Position numbers and translations under genes: made by a program. DNA of 64,000 bases, from NCBI GenBank assembly GCA_964413565.1, contig CAYPSJ010000020.1, positions 2,947 to 66,946 on the forward strand, written 5' to 3'. This document shows positions 8,745-19,405 of the stretch, in pieces (positions within the stretch are counted from its first letter, which is position 1; each line of letters starts with the position of its first letter). Source of the stretch: an uncultured Nitrosopumilales archaeon. Lineage in GTDB: Archaea > Thermoproteota > Nitrososphaeria > Nitrososphaerales > Gagatemarchaeaceae. The notes beneath the pieces were generated by a model. It was not told where the DNA came from. It was given only the letters and a program-made list of their open reading frames with translations, and ran no database searches.

Positions 8745-8763
8745 ATCTTTTCGAGGCCGCGGC

Positions 8764-10371
8764 TTACTCTGGGGGTATCTCTTTGAAAACCAAGCTGAGG
8801 GGGAGCCCTCTCCTCTTGTTCCAGAAATAGCTTACAACATAGACAACGATGCCAAGGATGTATATCGTCCCGAAAACCCAGGCCGCCAAGTTGTCAAGAG
8901 GTAGGCTCCCAGATGTGTGAGCAAGATAGGTCGAATAAATCAGGTAGACGGCCGTCCCCAACCCAAGCCAGCTCAGTAGCGGCAGTCCGAACTTCTTAGT
9001 GCTGAAGTTCGCTTCAAACATGTCCCGCCTAACGTAGGGGAACAGTATGGCCGCTATCGCCGGTATTATGAAGCCGAAGGAGAATATCGCGAAAGTGAGT
9101 GTGGCAAACTCGGTCGAGCTGGCGCCAAGCATAGCCATGAGGGCGGATCCGATTATGCCACCAATGAGCACCAGCACAGTAGCAAATATGGGGGTGTGGA
9201 ACCTATCGCTTACCGATGCGAATCTGTCGGGGAGGATTCTGTCGAAGGCCCAGGCGAAGAGATATCTGGTTTGAGAGATGATTACTGCGGGAAACTCGAA
9301 GACCGTCGGTATCCATAGCGCGAGAAAGGCGGCGACGTAGAGCCAGGGTGCCTTGTACGCTATGAGGATGAAGAATGGAATGAAATTGCCTACTCCAGCG
9401 ACCGGGGGCGTTCCTCCCGCGGCTAGCGAACTCCAATTGTTCAGGAAATTCTGGCCGAAGGCCCTGACCATCAAGAAGCTGAAGAGTATGTAGTATGCGG
9501 CAATGGCAATGAGAGCGACAATGATTGTTATGGGAAGAGACCTCTTCACGTTCTTGAGCTCTCCGGTCCATCCGAGGGAGAGATTGTACCACGTGTAGGA
9601 AAACCAAGCGAATGGAAGGGCTGCGGCTGTTGCCGCCAGTCCAGCAACTGGCATGGTGATTCCGCCCTGGGCGATCACCGAAGCGTAGGTGGAGTTCGAG
9701 GATGGTACGAGTTGGTTGATGAACGAGTTGTAGGCCGTCTGGAAGGAATCGGATGTGACACCCGCCATCGCCACGAACATGATTAGCGTCGTAACCATCG
9801 CGACGACCCCGATCCAGAATATTATCCTCCAGACGTTCTTGGGACGCATCACAGACATCGCGCCGAAGACAAGAATGATCAGGACGGCTATGGCAAAGGT
9901 CCAAGCGGGACCGACGAGGGACGCGCCTTCGTTCGCGAGGCTGGTGTTGTTATAGAAGGCGCCAAACCCAGAAAGGAAGTACCCGAGATAGGACGACCCG
10001 TAGTAGGCGAATATGCCTATGTTCAGGATGAACGCGATGTTGAGCCCCCAATAGTTGACGAAGCCGATTATCGATCTTGTCGCCCTAGTGGTGAATACGT
10101 AGTCAGCACCTGCCCGCGGCAAAGACGAGCCTATGATGGTGAACATTCCTCCCGCAAGGAGCGAAGGCAAGAAAGCGACGAACATAGCCAATGGCCAGTT
10201 TGCACCAGGCGCCGTGTACATGGTACCCAGCATCAGTACAACAACGCCACCAGTTACCAGAAAGAACACTGCCATAAACGAAGACCATGCGCCCACCTCA
10301 CGCACGAGTCCCGTTGCCTCCCGTACGAACACTGTCGGCTTGGCGGTCTTGTTTTCGGTTCCCGACGCCAA
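8764..10371 (-). CDS. APC-superfamily amino acid/polyamine permease
   Basis: 535 aa with about 12-14 TM segments. The N-terminal FVREATGLVREV pattern is typical of archaeal APC permeases. Confidence 0.7.
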   Translation of the reverse strand: MASGTENKTAKPTVFVREATGLVREVGAWSSFMAVFFLVTGGVVVLMLGTMYTAPGANWPLAMFVAFLPSLLAGGMFTIIGSSLPRAGADYVFTTRATRSIIGFVNYWGLNIAFILNIGIFAYYGSSYLGYFLSGFGAFYNNTSLANEGASLVGPAWTFAIAVLIILVFGAMSVMRPKNVWRIIFWIGVVAMVTTLIMFVAMAGVTSDSFQTAYNSFINQLVPSSNSTYASVIAQGGITMPVAGLAATAAALPFAWFSYTWYNLSLGWTGELKNVKRSLPITIIVALIAIAAYYILFSFLMVRAFGQNFLNNWSSLAAGGTPPVAGVGNFIPFFILIAYKAPWLYVAAFLALWIPTVFEFPAVIISQTRYLFAWAFDRILPDRFASVSDRFHTPIFATVLVLIGGIIGSALMAMLGASSTEFATLTFAIFSFGFIIPAIAAILFPYVRRDMFEANFSTKKFGLPLLSWLGLGTAVYLIYSTYLAHTSGSLPLDNLAAWVFGTIYILGIVVYVVSYFWNKRRGLPLSLVFKEIPPE

Positions 10372-10591
10372 CTCGATAGGGACCTACGGACACACCACTT
10401 CGAGTTTGTTATTTATAGCGGCTGTCCCTAAAGAACGAGTTCGCATCTTTCCCGAACCTGTATGGCCATTGATGTTCGCTGCAGGTCAAAGACGCATTCC
10501 GACAGAAAAAGGGAAAGGGCGTTTATACAACGTAACATCGCGCACTGGTGGTGAAAGGGTGGAGAAGATAGGAGAGAGGGAGGCGGAGGCT

Positions 10592-11926
10592 ATGAAGAGG
10601 AGGACGAGGCGTTCCGCGAAGATATTCGAGGAGGCGAGCAGGTGGATGCCCTATGGTGTGAACAGCAACTACAGGTACCTCGATCCATATCCGCTTTACT
10701 TCGACAAGGGTCAGGGATCTAGGCTCTGGGATGCCGACGGGAATGAGTACGTGGACTTCAACATGGCCTTTGGTTCGCTTGGAATCGGCCACTCCCACCC
10801 AACACTCGTCAAGGCAATGCGAGACCAGGTTGGCAACGGGACCATATTCGGGTTCGAGGGAGAGGACGTCGCCCCCCTGGCCAAGACCATCTGCCAGAGA
10901 TTCATGGTGGACAAGGTCAAGCTGTCGTCGACCGGGCTCGAATCGACGATGCACGCCGTACGCCTGGCGCGCGCATACACGAAGAGGAATAAGATCCTGA
11001 AATTCGAGGGGTGCTACCACGGCTCGCACGACACTCTCATGGTCAACGTCAAGCCATCTCTCGCGAAGACGGGGAACTCGAGCGTCCCAAACATCGTCCC
11101 TTCATCACAGGGGATGCTTGAAGAGATACTCCAGAACACAATCGTGGCCCAGTTCAACAACCTCGAATCCGTAGAGAAGGCTGTGAGGAAGGACACAGAC
11201 AACCTTGCGGGAGTGATCCTGGAGCCCATTCCGATGAACATGGGCTTCGTTCCACCGAAGCGGGGATTCCTGGAGGCCCTACGCCATCTCTGGGACGAAA
11301 CAGGAGCCCTCCTAATCTTCGACGAAGTGAAAACGTGCGGGAAGTTCTACCACGGTGTAGAAGGGGAGTTCGGCGTCACGCCAGACCTCAAGACGATGGG
11401 GAAGGCAATAGGAGGAGGCTACCCGCTCTCCGTGCTAGGAGGGAAGAAGAAGATCATGGACGCCATTGTGCCAGGTGTCGTAGCCCACGCGGGGACGTTC
11501 AATTCAAACCCAGTAGCAGTAAGGGCGGGGCTGGTCACCCTCACCGAGATCCTGACCAAGGAGAAGCTGGCCCAGGCCGCCAAGCTAGGTGAAAAACTGG
11601 CTCACGGCTACACCGACATCATTGAAGACGCGAAGCTCAAGGCGAGAGTTCAAGCCATCGGAGTCAGTGGCACGATGCACTTCACAGACCACGAGGTGAC
11701 GGACTGGAGGAGCTTCCTCGACGTGAACGTAGGCACGTGGTGGACCTACTACACCGCGATGCTGAACCGGGGTGTGATTCCCATGGCCACTGGACCTGAC
11801 GAACAGTGGACAGTGTCGGTTCAGCACACCAGAGAGGATATCGAAAACCACTTGGAGGTCTTCAAGACAGTCGTGAAAGAGCTCCTGAGGTCAGAGGTCT
11901 CCATGGAGATGGTGGAGGCCATCTAG
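10592..11926 (+). CDS. class-III PLP aminotransferase, glutamate-1-semialdehyde aminomutase-like subgroup
   Basis: Internal ATG at 10592 (MKRRTRRSAKIFEEA); the longer ORF from 10133 overlaps the permease on the other strand. Motifs: DADGNEYVDF, GHSHP, FDEVKT, DLKTMGKAIGGGYP (Schiff-base Lys). Confidence 0.8.
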   Translation: MKRRTRRSAKIFEEASRWMPYGVNSNYRYLDPYPLYFDKGQGSRLWDADGNEYVDFNMAFGSLGIGHSHPTLVKAMRDQVGNGTIFGFEGEDVAPLAKTICQRFMVDKVKLSSTGLESTMHAVRLARAYTKRNKILKFEGCYHGSHDTLMVNVKPSLAKTGNSSVPNIVPSSQGMLEEILQNTIVAQFNNLESVEKAVRKDTDNLAGVILEPIPMNMGFVPPKRGFLEALRHLWDETGALLIFDEVKTCGKFYHGVEGEFGVTPDLKTMGKAIGGGYPLSVLGGKKKIMDAIVPGVVAHAGTFNSNPVAVRAGLVTLTEILTKEKLAQAAKLGEKLAHGYTDIIEDAKLKARVQAIGVSGTMHFTDHEVTDWRSFLDVNVGTWWTYYTAMLNRGVIPMATGPDEQWTVSVQHTREDIENHLEVFKTVVKELLRSEVSMEMVEAI

Positions 11927-11948
11927 AATCGCAACGATTCGCTGACTT

Positions 11949-13142
11949 TCAGTAGAACTTCTTTGTCTTGGTGAAGTGCTCCTCTGCTCTAATCTTCCTC
12001 TTACCCATCTCGACGAAGAAGGGCTCGGGATCGACCGTCGCTTCGGGCGGGAAGACTCCTGGCTCCTTGATCTTCCCTGTTCCCTGCCAGTATGAAACCA
12101 CTGCCGGTGGCACCGAGGTGTCTCTGGCGGAGGGTATGCCCCTCTTGGGGTCGTTCCACGTCATTATGTGGTAGGTGACCGTCGCAGGGGTCCCCTTCAG
12201 GGCTCCGAAAACGTCTATCCTGAAGGCGTCGTACTCGTACTCCTCCTTCGGAGGAGCGTCATGTCTTCCCTTGGATATGGCTCTCTGGTACATCGTCGTC
12301 AGGTAGTCGAGGGGCGATATCTTCTGGTCGCCAAACTGGATTCCTTCAGTCTCGGCGAATCCAAGGCCCCTCAAAGTCTTGAAGGTGGCGAAGTCTGTGC
12401 TCGGGAAGCCGATGCGGAATGTCACATTGCGGCAACCTTTGCCAACGTACCTTCCGAGGGTCGCAGGCTCGGAGTGTTTCACATAGTACGCTGTGACTTT
12501 TCCTATTGGTTCCTGCATCGTCACCGTCGTCTCCCCGGAAAGAACTGGCTGCTTGACGTGCTTCCCGTCGAGCCACATGACGGGCTCCTGCGTGAACTCG
12601 TCCATCACCGTCCGGATGGAGTAGCCTGGCCATCCCGGCTCCTTCACGGGCAGGGTGTTGCCCCAAGAGCAGTAGATATTGATCGTGTCCACCTTGTCGA
12701 GCTTCGCAGCACCGGCCGCTCCGGCGATGTTGGTCAGGCCAGGAGTGCTCCCGAGACCTATGGTCGCGTTAATCCCCGCCTTCTTCCATTCCTTGTCGAA
12801 CTCCAGCTGTTTGAGGCAGGTGTCAAAGAAGCCGCCCAGGTCTGTGTAGTGGGCGCCCGCCCTGACGCAGGCCTTCATGACTGCTATGTTGGTCTGGTAC
12901 CAGGCGCAGTTGACCACAGTATCGACCTTCTCGGACTTCGCTACTTTCGCCACTGCATCCGTGTTGCTGGCGTCCAGTTCCATAACCTGGACTTTGTTAC
13001 CAAGGTGCAGGTCGTCCACCGCCTTCTTAACGTTCCCGAGTTTCCTACTCGAGGCTACTACCTCGACCTTGGAAAACTCCACCAAGTCTTGGACGGTATA
13101 CGCCCCAATCTGACCCGACGCTCCTAAGACAAGAGTCCTCAT
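11949..13142 (-). CDS. saccharopine dehydrogenase-family NAD(P)-binding protein
   Basis: Start taken at MRTLVLGASGQIG (Rossmann GxxGxxG). GLGSTPGLTN and overall length fit Sacchrp_dh_NADP plus the C-terminal domain. Confidence 0.7.
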   Translation of the reverse strand: MRTLVLGASGQIGAYTVQDLVEFSKVEVVASSRKLGNVKKAVDDLHLGNKVQVMELDASNTDAVAKVAKSEKVDTVVNCAWYQTNIAVMKACVRAGAHYTDLGGFFDTCLKQLEFDKEWKKAGINATIGLGSTPGLTNIAGAAGAAKLDKVDTINIYCSWGNTLPVKEPGWPGYSIRTVMDEFTQEPVMWLDGKHVKQPVLSGETTVTMQEPIGKVTAYYVKHSEPATLGRYVGKGCRNVTFRIGFPSTDFATFKTLRGLGFAETEGIQFGDQKISPLDYLTTMYQRAISKGRHDAPPKEEYEYDAFRIDVFGALKGTPATVTYHIMTWNDPKRGIPSARDTSVPPAVVSYWQGTGKIKEPGVFPPEATVDPEPFFVEMGKRKIRAEEHFTKTKKFY

Positions 13143-13309
13143 GTCGCTCGGTGGGGCTCCTCTTGTCAACGTTATACACACTTTCCCGAACCGGCCCCGA
13201 CACATCGAAATGTCGAACCTTTCGAAGATTCCTACGATGTCAGATTAGGTCGAAGAAGGTCTCGGCACGTTAATAAGCGGTAGAACGCCTCCGTTGCTCG
13301 TGTTGTGAA

Positions 13310-14662
13310 ATGGCACAAGCACACACGATGATGGCGCCGCATATCGTTGTGAAGCCTCCTGGTCCCCGGTCGAAGGAGCTTCTCGGGAAACAGGAAGAGC
13401 TTGAGACAAGAGCCGTTGTCTACAGCAAGGCGTTCCCCTTCGCGATTGACTCGGCGGAGAACGCGACAGTCAAGGACGTTGACGGGAACCTATACATCGA
13501 TTGGGTCAGCGGGATCAGCGTTCTCAACCTTGGGCATCGCAATCCTGCGATAGCCAAGGCGGTAAGCGCCCAGTTCGGCAAGATCTGGCACGCACTGGAA
13601 ATCCCCACGGAGACTAGGATTGGTTTCCTCGAAAGGATGCACTCGGTTCTGCCCGGTGGTCTGAAGGGCCACGCCAAAATCATGACAACGGTCACTGGCG
13701 CCGACGCCTGCGAGACGGCGGTTGCCATCGCGAGGAGGGTCACCAACAAAAGGACGATTATTGCCTTCGAAGGCTCTTACCACGGTGTACACCAGGGTGC
13801 TGTAAGCCTCACATCTTCCCGCCACTATCTCGAATACGCAGGAGTCCCGAGGCAGGGTGTCTTCAGGCTCCCCTACCCCTATTCCTACCGCTTCCCGCTT
13901 CCTGTGGAGAAGAAGGGAGATGAGGGGAAGGTGGTCCTGCGGTATCTCGAGCATCTGGTCGAAGACGAGCACTCGGGCCTCGACGACCTCGCCGGCATCA
14001 TAGTCGAACCGGTGGAGGGCGAAGGGGGGTACATCCCTCCTCCCAGTGACTTCCTGCCGGGCCTGAGAGAGATCGCAGACAGGGCGCAGGCCCCGCTGAT
14101 CATTGACGAGGTCCAGACTGGTTTCGGAAGGACGGGGAAGTTCTGGGGGTGCGAGCTAACAGGTACGACCCCCGACATAATGTGCGTGTCGAAGTCAGTC
14201 GGCGCCGGAATCCCGCTGTCTCTCGTCGCCTACAAGGCAGAGTACGACAAGGCACTGAGCGACGGTTTCCATCTCGGCACCTACAGGGGGAACGTGCTCG
14301 CCATGGCCGCAGGCTCGGCCTCCATCGACTACATGACAACCAACAAGATACCCGAGCGGGCCGCAAAGCTCGGACTCGAAGCCAAAGCAGAGTTCGAAAA
14401 GACAGCCTCCAAGTCAAGCAACATAGGCGACGTCCGAGGGGTCGGATTCATGATAGGGAACGAAATCGTCGAATCGAAGCGGACAAGGGCGCCCTCCAAG
14501 AAGCTGGCCGTGGAGTTCAGGAGGCGCCTGTTCGAGAGCGGGCTCCTCATGCACACCTGCGGGCATTATGGGAATGTCCTCAGATTCATGGCTCCTCTGA
14601 CAATCGAAGAGCCGCTCCTGGAGAAAGGACTGGAGGTCTTCGAGCAGACCATCCTGAAGTAA
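13310..14662 (+). CDS. class-III aminotransferase (4-aminobutyrate/omega-amino acid type)
   Basis: DVDGNLYIDW, LNLGHRNP, EPVEGEGG, IIDEVQTGFGRTGK, DIMCVSKSVGAG. Confidence 0.85.
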   Translation: MAQAHTMMAPHIVVKPPGPRSKELLGKQEELETRAVVYSKAFPFAIDSAENATVKDVDGNLYIDWVSGISVLNLGHRNPAIAKAVSAQFGKIWHALEIPTETRIGFLERMHSVLPGGLKGHAKIMTTVTGADACETAVAIARRVTNKRTIIAFEGSYHGVHQGAVSLTSSRHYLEYAGVPRQGVFRLPYPYSYRFPLPVEKKGDEGKVVLRYLEHLVEDEHSGLDDLAGIIVEPVEGEGGYIPPPSDFLPGLREIADRAQAPLIIDEVQTGFGRTGKFWGCELTGTTPDIMCVSKSVGAGIPLSLVAYKAEYDKALSDGFHLGTYRGNVLAMAAGSASIDYMTTNKIPERAAKLGLEAKAEFEKTASKSSNIGDVRGVGFMIGNEIVESKRTRAPSKKLAVEFRRRLFESGLLMHTCGHYGNVLRFMAPLTIEEPLLEKGLEVFEQTILK

Positions 14663-14845
14663 GCAAGAGGATAATGGCCTGCGTGGTTCCGCAGGATCGG
14701 CCCTCCAGGGGAAGCAATGAAGGGGAACGATGCGACGACGGCTCTAATCCCGCGAGCAGATGGGGGGAAGTGATACCTAGCGGTTGACAGCAACCGAGAA
14801 GGTACCAGAACCCCGTATTAACTCCCTCATGGGGCCGCGGATTCG

Positions 14846-16297
14846 ATGACAGTTTGTCTCGTGATTAACGGAAAGAAGGTCGAGAAGGCGGAGACGGTCC
14901 CCCTCGTCAGCCCCGGTTCAGGGAAGGTGGTCGACAGGATCAGCAAGGGGACAAAAGACGACGTGAAAGAAGCCGTCGAAGCCGCCAGGCTGGCCTTCGA
15001 GGAATGGTCTGGGACTTCACTGAACAAGCGCAGCGCGATCCTGCTCAAGGCCGCGGCACTGCTGAGGGAGCGGGGGGAGGACTTCGCCCTGACCCTCGCG
15101 ACAGAGGCGGGCAAGCCCATCAGGGACAGCAGGGTCGAGATCATCCGGGCTGCAGGCGTCTTCACTTCCGCGGCCCAGGAGGCCACGAGGATGCTCGAAG
15201 GGAGAGTCCACCGCGTTGACGCATACGAGTACCCCGCAGGGAACCAGGACCGCATGGTCTTCACGACACGAGAGCCCGTAGGCGTGGTAGCGGCGATTCT
15301 ACCATTCAATTTCCCAGTGAACTCCTTCGCCCACAAGGTCGCGCCGGCCCTTGCGGTGGGGAATACTCTGGTCGTCAAGCCCAGCATCCAGACACCCCTG
15401 TCTGCGGCGAAGATGACTGCTCTACTGTCAGACGCCGGTCTCCCCCCAGGGTGCGTCAACCTCGTGACCGGACGGAGCGCAGACATCGGCGACTCCCTCG
15501 TCGAGCACCCCGACGTCGACCTGGTCACCTTCACTGGCTCGACCGAGGTCGGCCTTCATGTGGCGTCAGAAGCGGCCATGCATGCAAAGCGATCGATAAT
15601 GGAACTTGGCGGATCTGACCCCGTGATCGTGTTCGATGACGCAGATTTGGAAAGAGCGACCAAGACAGCGGTGAAGGGAAGGTTTGACTACGCAGGTCAG
15701 AACTGCAACTCGAGCAAGCGATTCTTCGTCCAGAGTGCAGTCGCAGACAAGTTCATCCGAGGCTTCGTTGACCTCACATCTAAGCTCAGGGTGGACGACC
15801 CACTTCTCGAAGCGACTGACGTGGGGCCGGTGATTAGCCAGTCTGCGGTGGAGGACATGACAAAGTTCGTCGACGACGCTGTCGCAAAGGGAGGGAAGCT
15901 TCTCATCGGGGGGAAGAGAATCGAACGACAGGGGAGCTACTTCGAGCCGACGGTCGTTAGCGACGTCTCCACCGACGTCGCAGTCATGAAGGAGGAGGTC
16001 TTCGGACCAATCGCTCCAATATCGACGTTCGAGACCCCTGATGAAGCACTGAATATGGCCAACGCGTCAGAGTATGGGCTGCAGGCTGCTATCCACACCA
16101 ATGACTACAAGATGGCGCTGAATCTCGCCAAGAGAATACACGCGGGCTCCGTAATCGTCAACGACTCGACCAGACTCAGGTGGGATGCTCTCCCCTTCGG
16201 CGGCCGAAGAAAGACAGGTTTCGGAAGGGAAGGGGTAAAGGACACTATGCTCGAGATGACCGAGCAGAAACTCGTGAGTCTGAATCTAGGAAGCTGA
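14846..16297 (+). CDS. NAD(P)-dependent aldehyde dehydrogenase
   Basis: FNFPVN, MELGGSDP, AGQNCNSSKR (catalytic Cys), EEVFGP. Confidence 0.85.
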   Translation: MTVCLVINGKKVEKAETVPLVSPGSGKVVDRISKGTKDDVKEAVEAARLAFEEWSGTSLNKRSAILLKAAALLRERGEDFALTLATEAGKPIRDSRVEIIRAAGVFTSAAQEATRMLEGRVHRVDAYEYPAGNQDRMVFTTREPVGVVAAILPFNFPVNSFAHKVAPALAVGNTLVVKPSIQTPLSAAKMTALLSDAGLPPGCVNLVTGRSADIGDSLVEHPDVDLVTFTGSTEVGLHVASEAAMHAKRSIMELGGSDPVIVFDDADLERATKTAVKGRFDYAGQNCNSSKRFFVQSAVADKFIRGFVDLTSKLRVDDPLLEATDVGPVISQSAVEDMTKFVDDAVAKGGKLLIGGKRIERQGSYFEPTVVSDVSTDVAVMKEEVFGPIAPISTFETPDEALNMANASEYGLQAAIHTNDYKMALNLAKRIHAGSVIVNDSTRLRWDALPFGGRRKTGFGREGVKDTMLEMTEQKLVSLNLGS

Positions 16298-16365
16298 ACG
16301 TCAGAGTGGTCTAGACATCGAACCCGGAGGGACCAGTGTCCCACCCCGTAGTCGCGAATTGGAAG

Positions 16366-17676
16366 TCACTGGCGCGCCGAGGTCCCCTTCATTGAAGCAA
16401 TCAGTTCCGAGGTTGCCTTCTCGGCCTCATCCTCCGGGATAATCAGTGGAGGCTGAAGCCTTACCACATTCTTGAATATACCCCCGACCCCCACAATGTA
16501 TCCCTTCCTCAGCATCTCTTTCTTGACCTCCTGGGCCAGTTCTGGAGCGGGTTTCTTGGTGCTACGGTCTTTGACTAGTTCAATCCCGATCATTAGCCCC
16601 TTGCCCCTCACATCCCCTACACACGGAATCTTCTCTTGGGCTTCGCCCAGCCTTTTCATCACCTCGGTACCGATTTTGGACGCCCGTTCGGCCAGATTCT
16701 CTCTCTGCAGAACGGATATTGAGGCCAGGGCTGCCGCACAGCAAACCGGATTCGCGAAGAATGTGTTGAAGTGGTCACCTGGCTGGATTACTTTCGATAC
16801 ATCCTTGGAGACCATAATCGCTCCCAGCGGCAGGCCCCCTCCGAGAGCCTTTGCCAGGGCCATCACATCGGGTTCCACTGACCAGTGCTGACACGCGAAG
16901 ACCTTCCCCGTCCTTCCGAAACCAGTCTGGACCTCGTCGACCACGAGAGGGACACCTGCCTCTTTACTGATCCTCGCGACCCTGGGCAGAAAAGTGTCGG
17001 GTGGCACTATTATCCCTCCCTCCCCCAGTATGGGTTCGACAACGACCGCCGCGACGTCGCCTGCCGCATAGTTCTCTATCACGTCCCTTATCTCATCGGC
17101 GCAGCGCTTGCCGAACTCATCCTCCGAAACACCTTCCCCGTACCTGTAGTAGTATGGCGATAGCGTGTGGACAATACCCGGGTAGTTCGCGTAGTTACCA
17201 AGATTGGCCTTGAACTTCTTCTGACCCGTTAGGGACAACGTCAGGGAAAGCCTTCCATGGAACGAGCCTTTCAGGGCGACGACGGTAGCCCCGCTCTTCC
17301 CCCGCGAACTGGCGTAAAGCTTGCTGATTTTCACTGAACCATCGACCGCCTCGGTCCCACTGTTGCAGAAGAACGTCTTGGAGAGCTCCCCCGGCGCGAT
17401 GGATGAAAGTCGCTGGGCGAGAGTCGCCTCCAGTTCGTGGTAATAGTAAGCCGACACGTGCATGAACTTCTTCGCTTGAGTCGATATCGCCTCGACAACC
17501 TCAGGATGACAGTGACCGAGATTGTTGGTGCTTATCCCGGAGAAGAGGTCGGTGTACACCCTGCCATCAGTATCCACAATCTTCACTCCTCTCGCGCGAG
17601 CGACGACTATCTTCTCGCGCGGTGGAAGGCAGTCGAGAAGGTAGCGGTGGTCGAGAGCATAGAAGGCTTCACTCAT
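16366..17676 (-). CDS. class-III aminotransferase (acetylornithine/GABA type)
   Basis: DTDGRVYTDL, NNLGHCHP, EPILGEGG, VVDEVQTGFGRTGK, DVMALAKALGGG. Confidence 0.85.
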   Translation of the reverse strand: MSEAFYALDHRYLLDCLPPREKIVVARARGVKIVDTDGRVYTDLFSGISTNNLGHCHPEVVEAISTQAKKFMHVSAYYYHELEATLAQRLSSIAPGELSKTFFCNSGTEAVDGSVKISKLYASSRGKSGATVVALKGSFHGRLSLTLSLTGQKKFKANLGNYANYPGIVHTLSPYYYRYGEGVSEDEFGKRCADEIRDVIENYAAGDVAAVVVEPILGEGGIIVPPDTFLPRVARISKEAGVPLVVDEVQTGFGRTGKVFACQHWSVEPDVMALAKALGGGLPLGAIMVSKDVSKVIQPGDHFNTFFANPVCCAAALASISVLQRENLAERASKIGTEVMKRLGEAQEKIPCVGDVRGKGLMIGIELVKDRSTKKPAPELAQEVKKEMLRKGYIVGVGGIFKNVVRLQPPLIIPEDEAEKATSELIASMKGTSARQ

Positions 17677-17810
17677 GGCGGCAACTCGGCATGGATATGG
17701 CTTATACCGCTTTGCTCGCGTCAGTCCAGGACGGCCGTCAAACGGCCTCCCCTCCTGATACTAGTTGGCTACCAAGGATGAGCTTCGGCTTCCACGACTG
17801 AACCTTACCT

Positions 17811-19340
17811 GTGAGCATCAACGCTCTTATCGCGCGACCTTCGGCCGAGGTGGCAGACGCCCTCATGCCAGTCAAATTGACTTCCAAAGGCTCTGAGAGA
17901 CTTCGACTGCTGATAGGTGGGAAATGGTCCGAGTCCGAGTCTCAGGACTTGCACCCTGTCTTCAACCCCGCCGAAGGACGAACCATGGCCGTAGTGCCCT
18001 TTTCGACCAAGGATGAGGTCTCCCAGGCTGTCAGCGCCGCCGACGAGGTGTTTGGCTCATGGAGTTCGATGCCCATAACCGACAGAATCCAGTTCCTTTT
18101 CAGGATGAAAGAGGTGCTCGAGAATCACGCACCGGAGCTTGCGGCTCTGAACACGGAAAACCATGGCAAGACATTGGAGGAGAGTCGAGGGGACGTCCGA
18201 AGGACTATCGAGAACGTCGAGTCAGCGATTTCGATTGCCTACACGCTTGCCAAGGGAACAAGCCTGGACGAGATTTCGCCGGGAATAGACGAGCTCATGG
18301 TGAGGGAGCCTCTAGGCGTCTTCGCCATAGTCTGCCCGTTCAACTTCCCCATCATGATTCCCTTCTGGTTTTTGCCCTACGCTCTGGTGCTCGGAGACAC
18401 CGTCGTCGTGAAGCCAAGCGAAATCACCCCGGTGCCAATGCAGAGGGTCGCTGAACTGCTCCAGGAGGAGGTGAAGCTGCCCCCTGGGGTGATCAACCTA
18501 GTGCATGGCGGTTCAGAAGTTGTTGAGACTCTGATTGGACTCCCTGCGACGAAGGGCGTGACTTTCGTTGGGTCAACGGCCGTGGCGCGTCGCGTCTACG
18601 GACTCGCAGGGGAAAACGGAAAGCGAGCTATGGTGAACGGAGGTGCGAAGAACAACATCGTAGTCATGCCCGATGCGGATCTGAGCCGCTCGATTCCTTC
18701 AATCGTCTCTTCTTTCTTTGGCAACACCGGTCAGAGGTGCCTCGCAGGCTCGAATCTCGTTTCCGTCGGGGGTGACGGAGAATTGCTCGACAAGTTCTCC
18801 AAGGCATCCTCTTCACTTCGAATAGGAAACGGTTTGTCCCCGACTACGGAGATGGGACCCATGGTCACGATGGCTGCAAAAGAAAGAGTGCGGTCGTATG
18901 TCCAGAAGGGGATAGATGAAGGCGGGAAGCTTCTGGTCGATGGGCGACACGCAACAGTCAAGGCATTCCCTGAAGGGTTCTACCTGGGGAGCACAATATT
19001 CGACGACGTTTCCCCCTCAATGAGCATAGCGCGGGATGAGGTCTTCGGTCCGCTGGCGAGCGTTCTGCACGTCGAAACCCTCGAGGAAGCCTTGGATTTG
19101 GTCAACCGCGGTACGGACTACGGAAACATGGCAAGCATATTCACATCATCCGGCAGGGCAGCGCGCGAGTTCAAGCGACAGGCAAAGGCAGGCAACATCG
19201 GAATCAACATCGGAGTCGCGGCGCCATCGGCTTTCTATCCATTTGGGGGAATGAAGGATTCCTTCTTCGGCATCTTGCACCCTCAGGTGGACACGGTGGA
19301 CTTCTTCACGGACAAGAAAGTCATACTTTCGCGCTGGTAG
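17811..19340 (+). CDS. aldehyde dehydrogenase, methylmalonate/malonate-semialdehyde dehydrogenase (CoA-acylating)-like
   Basis: GTG start. WSSMPITDRIQFLF...ENHGKTLEESRGDVRRTIENVE, NGGAKN in place of ELGGK, and GNTGQRCLAG (catalytic Cys) resemble the MmsA/IolA subgroup. Confidence 0.75.
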   Translation: MSINALIARPSAEVADALMPVKLTSKGSERLRLLIGGKWSESESQDLHPVFNPAEGRTMAVVPFSTKDEVSQAVSAADEVFGSWSSMPITDRIQFLFRMKEVLENHAPELAALNTENHGKTLEESRGDVRRTIENVESAISIAYTLAKGTSLDEISPGIDELMVREPLGVFAIVCPFNFPIMIPFWFLPYALVLGDTVVVKPSEITPVPMQRVAELLQEEVKLPPGVINLVHGGSEVVETLIGLPATKGVTFVGSTAVARRVYGLAGENGKRAMVNGGAKNNIVVMPDADLSRSIPSIVSSFFGNTGQRCLAGSNLVSVGGDGELLDKFSKASSSLRIGNGLSPTTEMGPMVTMAAKERVRSYVQKGIDEGGKLLVDGRHATVKAFPEGFYLGSTIFDDVSPSMSIARDEVFGPLASVLHVETLEEALDLVNRGTDYGNMASIFTSSGRAAREFKRQAKAGNIGINIGVAAPSAFYPFGGMKDSFFGILHPQVDTVDFFTDKKVILSRW

Positions 19341-19405
19341 AGAAATCTCTGATATTATGTTGGAAATCTTTAAAAGCCGAACGGAGGGGCGGATTTTTCA
19401 ACATA

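Noticed and set aside
10133-10591. N-terminal 153-codon extension of the aminotransferase ORF
   Set aside because: It overlaps the 5' part of the APC permease on the opposite strand and has a non-protein-like composition. Family homology begins only after ATG 10592.
12168-13127. Long ORFs antisense to well-supported genes (also 5675..6397, 6655..7350, 9203..9904, 13490..13972, 14827..15534, 33484..34116, 61014..61748, 62565..63302 and others)
   Set aside because: These are typical shadow ORFs of GC-rich DNA. They have Arg/Pro/Gly/Ser-rich low-information translations and no recognisable motifs. Each is fully overlapped by a gene with strong family signatures on the other strand.
16329-16342. 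GGGAC-CAGT-GTCCC hairpin between convergent aldehyde dehydrogenase and aminotransferase genes as a terminator
   Set aside because: The stem is only 5 bp with no adjacent T tract. Archaeal termination usually relies on oligo-T, so this is too weak to annotate.
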